From IMG/VR virus record IMGVR_UViG_3300031658_000005, positions 1-62,507 of that record: DNA of 62,507 nt. The stretch is one strand, 5' to 3'. Of the stretch, positions 18,842-26,453 are shown piece by piece. This stretch comes from a virus. Taxonomy: Duplodnaviria; Caudoviricetes. The notes beneath the pieces are model-generated. The model saw only the letters and a list, made by a program, of their open reading frames with translations. It was not told the origin of the DNA and ran no database searches. A program made the translations under genes and the position numbers. Numbering within the stretch: the stretch's first letter is position 1; each line of letters opens with the position of its first letter.

Positions 18842-19572
18842 CCTATATGTTCTGTGTAAATTTTTTCAGGATCAAAGAATGAAAATGGAGTATTGCTATT
18901 GCTCATGGGTTTCAAAAGATGTCCAGACATTAACTCGCAATGATAAGACCCAAGTTTATCTAAATATTGTTGAGCTGCCTTCCATGCAATAAATATTTCG
19001 TTAGTCCTGCTGATATTAGGTTGAAAAGTAAAAGTAGGACCATATTGAGTGTAATTTACAGCTTGAGTTAAAATATCTCCAGTCTCCTTGTGACTATCTC
19101 CATCTGGAGGTCCATATTCTTCGCTCCGATTAAGTCTTACACAAAGTTGATCAGGATTATTGTCTAGAAATTCTAGGCATTCCTCAATAACTTGTTTTAG
19201 GCAGATTTTTGAATTTATTAAATTATCATCCTCTAGCCACAAAGAATATTTTTGTTTTCTTATTTCTTTGTCCGAATATGCTTTATAGATATCTTTAAAA
19301 TACCCAGCGGAATGCGACAAGTGATTCTCGCTATGATATACTATATTTTCTTTAGACTCTATAACTCTAATATCAACAGAATTGCAAAATGCTTTTATCT
19401 CATCTGCCACTTTTTCTTCTCCGTCTCTCGTCTTTAAATGCAAGAGCTTGTTGGCAAATAAATTAAAATCTATCTGATCATAAAGATTAGTAATGCAATC
19501 TTTGTAAGTGTGCTTGCCACCATGACCCATGGTAGTGCAAAAAACTATTAGATTTAAGGGTAATTTAGACAT
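18838..19572 (-). CDS. putative GT-A glycosyltransferase
   Basis: KYSLWLEDD, FLDNNPDQLCVRL, FTFQP and terminal EHIG pattern; first gene of the GT cluster. Confidence 0.6.
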   Translation of the reverse strand: MSKLPLNLIVFCTTMGHGGKHTYKDCITNLYDQIDFNLFANKLLHLKTRDGEEKVADEIKAFCNSVDIRVIESKENIVYHSENHLSHSAGYFKDIYKAYSDKEIRKQKYSLWLEDDNLINSKICLKQVIEECLEFLDNNPDQLCVRLNRSEEYGPPDGDSHKETGDILTQAVNYTQYGPTFTFQPNISRTNEIFIAWKAAQQYLDKLGSYHCELMSGHLLKPMSNSNTPFSFFDPEKIYTEHIG

Positions 19573-19649
19573 GGAATCTCTAGGATTTATGGAAAATAAA
19601 GACTTAGAGATTACTGTCGCCTCAAGTAGATAAAATCTTAACCTTCCAT

Positions 19650-19677
19650 ATTATAGCAAAGAAAAAAGAGAAATCAA
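19650..19677 (-). promoter_or_regulatory. sigma70-like promoter driving the glycan + replication operon
   Basis: Minus strand TTGATT (19677-19672), N16, TATAAT (19655-19650), with extended -10 TGcTATAAT. Confidence 0.7.
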
Positions 19678-19689
19678 TTATTTTTGTCT

Positions 19690-21333
19690 TTATGCTTCGC
19701 AAGACTTGCATTCCATTAAAGATCTCGATAATTCTTGGCTTGGATTAGAACTTCTTTGGTAATATAGACCTTTTACTCCATTCTCCCAAGCGTAAATCAT
19801 AAGCTGGTTAACTTCTTTTAAGGGAGTTTTTGGGGCTATCATCAAATTGAGAGATTGACCTTGGTCCAAGTATTTTTGTCTCTGCGCTGCTTGAATAACT
19901 ATTTCTTTTTGAGATATCTCTCCAAATGTCTTGAATACTTCCTTGTCTTCGTCAGACATAAAGCTCAAATGCTGAACAGAGCCTCCTGCCACAAGAATGC
20001 CCAGCCAAATCTCATCGTTGTCCTTATTGTATTCTGATAATACATCCTTTAAATAAGGGTTTTTGTAAGTAAACTTGCCTTTAGCAAGGTTTTTAACAAA
20101 GTAATTTGAGTTTAAGGGTTCAATTGAAGGTGAGACTTGCCCAAGAATAAATGAACTGCTAGTAGTCGGAGCTATCGCTAAAGTTGTTGTATTGCGGCGA
20201 CCATAGTTTTCCGCATATATAGGACCACCCAAAAGATCAAATAATTCTTCTGTCGCTTTATCACTTCGTTTCCTGATTTCTTTGAAAATAGAGCTATTAG
20301 CTAACTTTGCTTCCATACTCTCGAATCCAATCTTCTTGCTTTGTAGGTAGGAGTGCCAGCCAAGAACCCCCATTCCTAAAGCTCGATGCCGTCTAGCAAA
20401 GTCATGAGAAGGTCTCATAAAAGGAATATCTTTAGTCTTTTGTATATACTCTTCCATTACCGCATCAAGAAACATCGTCAAGGTTTCAACCGCATCAGTC
20501 TTAATTATCTCGTCCCACCTAACTAGGTTTAAGGATGATAGGCAGCAAACAAAAGACTCTTCTTCTATAGAGGGTAAGCTGATCTCGTTACAAAGATTAG
20601 AGGCATATATCTCCATCTCATTGTCTTTGTAGCAGTCTGGCGCTTGATTATTTGCAGTGTCTTTGAAAAACAAATATGGATACCCTGTTTCAAATCTTTT
20701 TTTAATTACTGAAGCCCAGATCTGACGTTTGTCAGCATCTCCATCAATCATTGATTTCATCCAATCATCTCCAACTGTAACTCCAAAGGACATTTCTTGA
20801 ATGGCGTTCCCCTCACTTCGGATGCGAAGAAACTCCTTAATATCGGGATGCTCAATGGGCAAGTAAGCAGCAAAGGAGCCTCGTCGGACATTTCCTTGAG
20901 AAACAACAGCGGCCACTTTATCAAATAGCTCCATGAAATGCACCGCCCCAGATGACTCTCCACCAGAATTAATTTTTGCTCCCCGACCCCGAAGGTCTCC
21001 AAAGTAAGCAGAGGTTCCAGAACCATGTTTGGTCTGCATTCCAACTTCGCTTTGTTTAGCTAGGATTCCATCCATTCTGTCTGGCACATAAACCCCATTG
21101 CAAGAAATAGGCAACCCCCTTTTTCTTCCGAAGTTAGACCAAACAGGAGAAGCGAGAGAGTAAAATCCCTGCTTCATATAAGACTCGAATTTATCAGAAA
21201 ACCCCTCAATTCCCAAGTATCCTTGAGCAGTGTCACATATAGATTTAATTCTTTCTTCTGGAGTTTCCCCTTTCAAATACCCTCGCTCAAGAAAAACTCT
21301 TGAATCCTCATTTAGCCAATAATAATCTTTCAT
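19690..21333 (-). CDS. nrdA: ribonucleotide reductase class I alpha subunit, short form without ATP cone (NrdAi-like)
   Basis: WLNEDSRVFLERGYL start, LPISC, SNLCNEI (thiyl Cys), FVCCLSSLN, APTTSSS, IEP, DQGQSLN, KGLYY, terminal CKSCEA. Confidence 0.95.
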   Translation of the reverse strand: MKDYYWLNEDSRVFLERGYLKGETPEERIKSICDTAQGYLGIEGFSDKFESYMKQGFYSLASPVWSNFGRKRGLPISCNGVYVPDRMDGILAKQSEVGMQTKHGSGTSAYFGDLRGRGAKINSGGESSGAVHFMELFDKVAAVVSQGNVRRGSFAAYLPIEHPDIKEFLRIRSEGNAIQEMSFGVTVGDDWMKSMIDGDADKRQIWASVIKKRFETGYPYLFFKDTANNQAPDCYKDNEMEIYASNLCNEISLPSIEEESFVCCLSSLNLVRWDEIIKTDAVETLTMFLDAVMEEYIQKTKDIPFMRPSHDFARRHRALGMGVLGWHSYLQSKKIGFESMEAKLANSSIFKEIRKRSDKATEELFDLLGGPIYAENYGRRNTTTLAIAPTTSSSFILGQVSPSIEPLNSNYFVKNLAKGKFTYKNPYLKDVLSEYNKDNDEIWLGILVAGGSVQHLSFMSDEDKEVFKTFGEISQKEIVIQAAQRQKYLDQGQSLNLMIAPKTPLKEVNQLMIYAWENGVKGLYYQRSSNPSQELSRSLMECKSCEA

Positions 21334-22305
21334 TTAAAAAAGTTCGTCTGCATTGAAGACTTGTGAATTCTTGGAATATTCCACAGGCCTAGAATAAAAG
21401 AAGTCTGTAGCGTTATTGCCGTGCAACTCCTCCTCAAACCAGAGAGTATCTCTTAATAAATTTTTATCAACCTCAAAAGGTTGTTTGAAACCGATTTGTC
21501 GCATGGAGTCATTAATTCTATTTTTAATAAACTCCTTGACGAGGACTGAATTAAGACCTTTTTGGCTGATTCCATTAATCATCCAGTCTACAATTTGACT
21601 TTCTGCATTAAAAGCTTGCCCAGCTTCGTGTAAAATCCTCTCCTCCAGCTCTTCGTCAAAAAGCTCAGGATGCTCTTCTCTAATAGTGTTGATAAGCTTC
21701 ATCCCAACAAGGCCATGTAGGTTCTCTTCATTACGAGTGTATTTAACCTGCTGGTCAGTGTCCTTTAGAACATTTTTATTGCGAGCAAACCAGTTTATGA
21801 TGTAAAATTGGGAAAACAACGACACGTTCTCTACAAAAAGAGTGAATAGGATTAAGGCGTAAACATATTGCTTCTTGCTATTCTTGTAGAACTTATGGGT
21901 ATATTTACGCAAATAGCTTACTCTACCCTCAATAAAGTCCAGCTTTAAGTTTTCTTCAAACACATCTTCTAAACCAAGAACCTCTAAAAGTCGCTCATAA
22001 GCATTATTGTGAATGACTTCGACGTTAGCCATTACAAAACCTAAATCGCTCAAAGAAGGATGGGGGAGATTATCTCCTAATTTGCTCCAAAACTTCTTAA
22101 CAGCTACTTCGATTTGACCAATTGCCGAAAGAGTTCGCACAATTATTTCTTTCTCCTGATCATTTAGAACAACATTGAAATCTTGAATATCAGAGGTGAA
22201 GCTAAATTCCTTGTCGGTCCAAAATCCGTTGTGCATTGCTTCAATAAATTCTCCTGCCCATGGATAATGGTCAGGCTTTCTGGAGATTTGTTCGTCAAAG
22301 ATCAT
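21334..22305 (-). CDS. nrdB: ribonucleotide reductase beta subunit, class Id (NrdBi)-like
   Basis: FW...F..DIQDF, QIEVAVK, EVIHNNAY, FVENVSLFSQF, EENLH, DFFYSRPVEY. Confidence 0.93.
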   Translation of the reverse strand: MIFDEQISRKPDHYPWAGEFIEAMHNGFWTDKEFSFTSDIQDFNVVLNDQEKEIIVRTLSAIGQIEVAVKKFWSKLGDNLPHPSLSDLGFVMANVEVIHNNAYERLLEVLGLEDVFEENLKLDFIEGRVSYLRKYTHKFYKNSKKQYVYALILFTLFVENVSLFSQFYIINWFARNKNVLKDTDQQVKYTRNEENLHGLVGMKLINTIREEHPELFDEELEERILHEAGQAFNAESQIVDWMINGISQKGLNSVLVKEFIKNRINDSMRQIGFKQPFEVDKNLLRDTLWFEEELHGNNATDFFYSRPVEYSKNSQVFNADELF

Positions 22306-22320
22306 CTTATAATTTTACAC

Positions 22321-22348
22321 AGGATATTCCCCTCTAGAACTGCGTCAA
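22321..22348 (-). promoter_or_regulatory. sigma70-like promoter upstream of nrdB, abutting a GTGTAA element
   Basis: Minus strand TTGACG, N16, TATCCT, immediately followed by GTGTAA (22320-22315) and 9 nt to ATG. Confidence 0.45.
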
Positions 22349-22421
22349 CCTTATTTTTAAGAAAAATAGCTCCGCTCATTAAATTAATATAACGTAAGGG
22401 ACACGTAGCCATTATTATTTT

Positions 22422-22469
22422 AATACGTATCCAATACGAGCATTTTGAATACGGGCGTTTCCAATACGA
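22422..22469. repeat. four AATACG direct repeats in the divergent intergenic region
   Basis: AATACG at 22422, 22433, 22448 and 22463; CCAATACGA occurs twice, 30 nt apart (22431, 22461). Confidence 0.8.
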
Positions 22470-22477
22470 TATTCTCT

Positions 22478-22505
22478 ATTGTAAGGATATATTTTCAGCC
22501 GTCAA
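22478..22505 (-). promoter_or_regulatory. leftward sigma70-like promoter reading into the AATACG repeats
   Basis: Minus strand TTGACG (22505-22500), N16, TACAAT (22483-22478). Confidence 0.55.
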
Positions 22506-22529
22506 GAATAAAGTATTTTTTTATTTTTC

Positions 22530-22557
22530 TTGATTTTCTTCCTTTTTCCCGTATAGT
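22530..22557 (+). promoter_or_regulatory. rightward sigma70-like promoter for the sigma-factor operon
   Basis: TTGATT (22530), N16, TATAGT (22552), then 8 nt to GTG at 22566. Confidence 0.6.
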
Positions 22558-22565
22558 AAGTAAAA

Positions 22566-23162
22566 GTGATTAAGAGTTTAACAGATTTAGATCTAACCTT
22601 ATTGATTAAGGAAGATAATGACGAGAATGCTTTGAATGAGTTGATTTCTAGGCATTCGGGAATTTACGTGGACATGCTCTACAAATTTGGATCTAGTTGC
22701 CTGACTCAAACCCAAGTGTCTGATATTATGGGGGAAAAAGACTATGTCATCTATAAGGCTGCTTTAGAATACGACGAAACTAGAGCTAAGTTTTCCACAC
22801 ATCTTGCAAATAAGACAAAATACATGTGTCTTACTCAAAAAACCAAGAATAAAAATAACAAGGTTACAGGAAATTTTGACGAAATACAATTTTGCCAAAA
22901 AGATAAATCTTATACTCCAGATAAATCTTGCCGATTAAATGACTGCTTCAGCAGAATCATTAATTTAATAGAATTACATAAAGACAAGCGTTTAAAGATA
23001 ATTTTCCATGAGAGATATTTTTGTGGACCAAAGGGCAAGTTAAAACCTTGGAAAGATATAGCTCAAATGATAAATTTGTCTGCTCAAGGATGTATAAATA
23101 TTCATAATAGAGCTATAAAAGAATTAAGTCAAAAAATAGATGATGAAAAAATTAAATTTTGA
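22566..23162 (+). CDS. sigma70-family RNA polymerase sigma factor
   Basis: Region 2-like ALNELISRHSGI...KAALEYDETRAKFSTHL; region 4 HTH KPWKDIAQMINLSAQGCINIHNRAIKEL. Confidence 0.85.
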   Translation: MIKSLTDLDLTLLIKEDNDENALNELISRHSGIYVDMLYKFGSSCLTQTQVSDIMGEKDYVIYKAALEYDETRAKFSTHLANKTKYMCLTQKTKNKNNKVTGNFDEIQFCQKDKSYTPDKSCRLNDCFSRIINLIELHKDKRLKIIFHERYFCGPKGKLKPWKDIAQMINLSAQGCINIHNRAIKELSQKIDDEKIKF

Positions 23163-24228
23163 AGGGCCAATAAACTCTCTTAGCTTAGGAAATGTGACAA
23201 TTAATTTTCTAAGAGAGCTAAAAGAAAGAGATATTGATATTTCATTATTCCCTATAGGAGAAAAAGGAGACTTTTCTGCTTACGATAAAATACCTGAAGA
23301 ATTTCGGCAGTGGGTAAGCAATTCAGCTTCAGTAAGACTTAAGAATCTAGACAAAGAAACTCCCTCATTGAAGATTTGGCACATTAACGGTTCAGAAAAA
23401 ACTCTACCCAATCAATTCTTATACACTTTTTACGAATTAGATTCGCCCACCAAAGAAGAAGTAAATATCGTCAAACTACAAAAACATGTATTTTTCTCAT
23501 CATCAGAAGCGGCGAAAGCCTTTAAACAAAAAGGTTGCAATAATATTAGCCATGTCCCTCTTGGCTTTGATACGGATTTCCATGAAACGAAAAAAGAATA
23601 CTTAAAAGATACTATCCATTTTGGTCTTGTGGGAAAGTTTGAACGAAGAAAAAACACACAAGCAATCATACAACTATGGACTAAAAAGTTTGGCAATGAC
23701 CCCAAGTATCAACTTTCTTGCTTGGTGAAAAATCCATTCTTTAATGAGAAGCAAATGTCTCAGGCAATTTTTAATTCTCTTGGTGGTCAGTCTTGGTCAA
23801 ACGTTAATTTCTTACCTCACCTTAAGACCAATTCAGAAGTTAATGATTTCATTAATTCAATTGATATAGATCTTTCTGGCCTTTCTAATGCTGAAGGCTG
23901 GAATTTACCGTCTTTTAATGCTACAGCCCTTGGTAAATGGTCTTTGGTAAGTAATTGTTCTGCCCATAAAGACTGGGCAACAAAAGAAAACTGCATTTTA
24001 GTAGAGCCAGCTGGCAAACAACCTTGTTACGATAACTTCTTCTTCAAGGAAGGTTTACCATTTAATCAGGGAGAATATTTTAAATTAAAAGCAGACGATA
24101 TTGAAAAAGGTTTTGAGGAAGCCCTAGAAAAAGTGGGACAAAAGAACACAGAAGGGACAAAATTGCGTGACAATTTTTCCTACTCTAAATCTATCGATGC
24201 GATTTTATCCCGTATTTACGAAGAATAA
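23140..24228 (+). CDS. GT-B glycosyltransferase (GT4-like)
   Basis: HVPLGFDT, FGLVGKFERRKNT, LSNAEGWNLPSFNATALGK, SAHKDW. Confidence 0.85.
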   Translation: MMKKLNFEGPINSLSLGNVTINFLRELKERDIDISLFPIGEKGDFSAYDKIPEEFRQWVSNSASVRLKNLDKETPSLKIWHINGSEKTLPNQFLYTFYELDSPTKEEVNIVKLQKHVFFSSSEAAKAFKQKGCNNISHVPLGFDTDFHETKKEYLKDTIHFGLVGKFERRKNTQAIIQLWTKKFGNDPKYQLSCLVKNPFFNEKQMSQAIFNSLGGQSWSNVNFLPHLKTNSEVNDFINSIDIDLSGLSNAEGWNLPSFNATALGKWSLVSNCSAHKDWATKENCILVEPAGKQPCYDNFFFKEGLPFNQGEYFKLKADDIEKGFEEALEKVGQKNTEGTKLRDNFSYSKSIDAILSRIYEE

Positions 24229-24232
24229 ATAT

Positions 24233-24247
24233 TGGCACAGATTATGT
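24233..24247 (+). promoter_or_regulatory. sigma54-like -24/-12 promoter upstream of hsp20
   Basis: TGGCAC-AGATT-ATGT versus consensus TGGCAC-N5-TTGC; the -24 box is perfect and the -12 is imperfect. It lies in the 31-nt intergenic gap. Confidence 0.45.
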
Positions 24248-24259
24248 TAAAGAAGAACC

Positions 24260-24574
24260 ATGAACAATTCATATAAAAAATATTCGAAAGACAGTTGGCA
24301 GAATAACACAGAAATAGCGCTCACTGACAACGGGAACGATTACGTGGCTGAATTCGAGCTAGCAGGATTCTCTAAAGAAGATCTTTCTGTTTCAGCAAAC
24401 GATGAAAGACTTTTTGTCAATGCTAAAAACGACACTAAACAAAAGGAATTCAAATTAAATTTATATGGGATTGTTTCTGTGGATAATATAGCATCAAACA
24501 TGAAGAATGGACTGTTAAAAATAACTCTTCCCAAGAAGAGTGTTGTAGGTAAAAGAAAAGTAGAAACCACGTAG
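24260..24574 (+). CDS. small heat-shock protein (Hsp20/alpha-crystallin)
   Basis: ELAGFSKEDLSV...ASNMKNGLLKITLPK. Confidence 0.9.
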   Translation: MNNSYKKYSKDSWQNNTEIALTDNGNDYVAEFELAGFSKEDLSVSANDERLFVNAKNDTKQKEFKLNLYGIVSVDNIASNMKNGLLKITLPKKSVVGKRKVETT

Positions 24575-24951
24575 TGCCAATATACATATACAAGCATCCC
24601 GCAAAAGACGAGTATGAGGAGGTTATTCAAGGAATGAATGACCTACATAGGTTTTTTAAAGATGGGAAAGAATGGAAGAGAGTATATCTTAGTCCAAATG
24701 CATCTATATCTAGCAATGACGACCCATTTAATCCCAACTCTTTTGTAGAAAAGACTGGGAAAATGAAGGGGACAGTTGGAGATATGATGAGTTATTCTGA
24801 AGAACTCAGCGAAAAAAGAGCGGATAAGCACGGGGGACAAGACCCAGTCCTTAAGCAACACTTCAAGGACTACGAGAAACAAGTGGGAAAAAAACACATT
24901 TCCGACAAGCCAAAATTATTTGAGGACAAATCGATGAAAATTGATTTTTAA
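24574..24951 (+). CDS. FmdB-like small protein (zinc-ribbon cysteines lost)
   Basis: MPIYIYKHP...YEEVIQGMND...WKRVYLSP resembles the FmdB N-terminus; GTG start overlapping the hsp20 stop. Confidence 0.55.
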   Translation: MPIYIYKHPAKDEYEEVIQGMNDLHRFFKDGKEWKRVYLSPNASISSNDDPFNPNSFVEKTGKMKGTVGDMMSYSEELSEKRADKHGGQDPVLKQHFKDYEKQVGKKHISDKPKLFEDKSMKIDF

Positions 24952-25809
24952 TTAAATTGGAGAGGTTAAACCTATCCCAGCCCAATGTCCTCCGCCTACT
25001 CCAGAGACAAATACGCATAAAGTATTTCCTGAAATAGCCAATGCTCCAGTCGCTTCTATTGCAGGTGAACCTTCAGAAGAACCCATGTCATTTCCAAGCC
25101 ATCTAGGTAAAGCAAAGCCTGTTTGAAATCTTGTTATTCCAGTTACAGTATGAGACCCATTGAACATTTCTTCATTTACTATAGTAGAACCACTAAGAAT
25201 TGCATCGCTTAAAACCTCAAGGTTGCCGCTAAATATTCCACTTGCCCCGTCTCCAACGTTTATACCTTGGTCAAAGTATGTGCTCCCACCTTCGAAAAAA
25301 TGGCCTGAGCTAAACTGTGCGTAAAAAGCATTCTGCTGAGTTACTGTTAAAGAGGTTGATGCTAGGTTGTCTTTTAAAACAGCGCTTCCCGTTGCAGTCT
25401 TAGTAAAAGTAACTCCATGTCCAGCCAAGCAAACATTTTCTTGGCTTCCCGTCTCAAACGAAATTGAATCTGCGCGGAAAATAGCATTATTAATACCGCT
25501 GATAGTGCTATTATTGGACGAAATTGCAAAATTATCATAGGCATTCGGTCCACCTCCAATAGCATTATTGCCACCCAAGAACAGAATATTCCCTAAGTTA
25601 GGATCGAAGGAATTATTTGAAAGAGGAGCTAATTCAGCGACCCTTCTTCCATTATTGGTTAAATTTCCTGTAAAAGAAAAGTCTCCCGTTAAACCCTTAG
25701 AAAGATTTAATTGAACTCCAGTATTACTTTGAACAATGTTTAAGTCTCCAGAATCACTAAAGAAAGTATGTAATTGGATTTGTTCTGGTTGAATTTTGTT
25801 GAATGCCAT
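24952..25809 (-). CDS. putative virion structural/fibre protein (G/S/T/N-rich beta protein)
   Basis: Composition and [S/T]G richness match the tail genes; it has its own GTGTAA element (25840-25835). Confidence 0.6.
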   Translation of the reverse strand: MAFNKIQPEQIQLHTFFSDSGDLNIVQSNTGVQLNLSKGLTGDFSFTGNLTNNGRRVAELAPLSNNSFDPNLGNILFLGGNNAIGGGPNAYDNFAISSNNSTISGINNAIFRADSISFETGSQENVCLAGHGVTFTKTATGSAVLKDNLASTSLTVTQQNAFYAQFSSGHFFEGGSTYFDQGINVGDGASGIFSGNLEVLSDAILSGSTIVNEEMFNGSHTVTGITRFQTGFALPRWLGNDMGSSEGSPAIEATGALAISGNTLCVFVSGVGGGHWAGIGLTSPI

Positions 25810-25847
25810 GATACAATAGATTATCTTCTATAAATTACACAAATTCA

Positions 25848-26453
25848 ATGAAATTTACTCTTTATAAGCCAAACTCCAAAAATGCAGGGTCAGCATTCAG
25901 TTTTGACATCGCCAAAGACAAAAAAGGAAATGCAGTCATGTATGTCTCTATGATCCAACAACACAGCTGGAATGATCAAACTAAAAATGGTTCTTTTAAA
26001 GAGAATGCGAAAAATCCAGAAAAATCTGGCACTATAAAACTAACCCCCACAGAAGCTGGAGAAATCCTGTCCTCGCTAAAAACAAGAATTCCTTTCGTGG
26101 CATTTCATAGGAGCGAAAAAGATACTACTATTATTAAATTCACCCCTTGGGACAAAAAAAGGAAAATTATGAATAAAAATGGAGAAGAATGGATCGAAAC
26201 TCCTGCTTTTGGCTTTTCCGTTACCCGAAATTCATCTCAAATATTCAAGCTTCCACTTGAAGCAGGAGAAACACAAGTTCTAGCAGAACTTATGAAAAAA
26301 TACATTTCAAATTCTTTTATTGTAGCGGACTCATATAAGGAATCTTATCAAAGCCAAAAGCCAAGACAAGAAGCTCCAAGACAAGAAGCTCCAAAACAAG
26401 AGCCTCCAAAACAAAAAGAAACTGAAGACGAAGACTATGGAGTCCCATTCTAA
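25848..26453 (+). CDS. putative single-stranded DNA-binding protein (Whirly/PC4-like fold, SSB-like acidic tail)
   Basis: Duplicated beta-sheet+helix pattern (TIKLTPTEAGEIL / FKLPLEAGETQVL), low-complexity linker, C-terminus EDEDYGVPF resembling the SSB tip DDDIPF. Confidence 0.55.
   Translation: MKFTLYKPNSKNAGSAFSFDIAKDKKGNAVMYVSMIQQHSWNDQTKNGSFKENAKNPEKSGTIKLTPTEAGEILSSLKTRIPFVAFHRSEKDTTIIKFTPWDKKRKIMNKNGEEWIETPAFGFSVTRNSSQIFKLPLEAGETQVLAELMKKYISNSFIVADSYKESYQSQKPRQEAPRQEAPKQEPPKQKETEDEDYGVPF
26361..26420 (+). repeat. 15-bp in-frame tandem repeat x4 (PRQEA PRQEA PKQEP PKQKE)
   Basis: ccaagacaagaagct x2, ccaaaacaagagcct, ccaaaacaaaaagaa. Confidence 0.9.

Noticed and set aside
13323-19572. 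Host O-antigen locus or chimeric assembly
   Set aside because: The genes are coupled by short overlaps into the phage operon with a phage-style promoter, and no wzx/wzy/wzm/wzt or membrane proteins are present.
22422-22469. AATACG repeats as a mini-CRISPR array
   Set aside because: Repeats (6-9 nt) and spacers (5-9 nt) are far too short.
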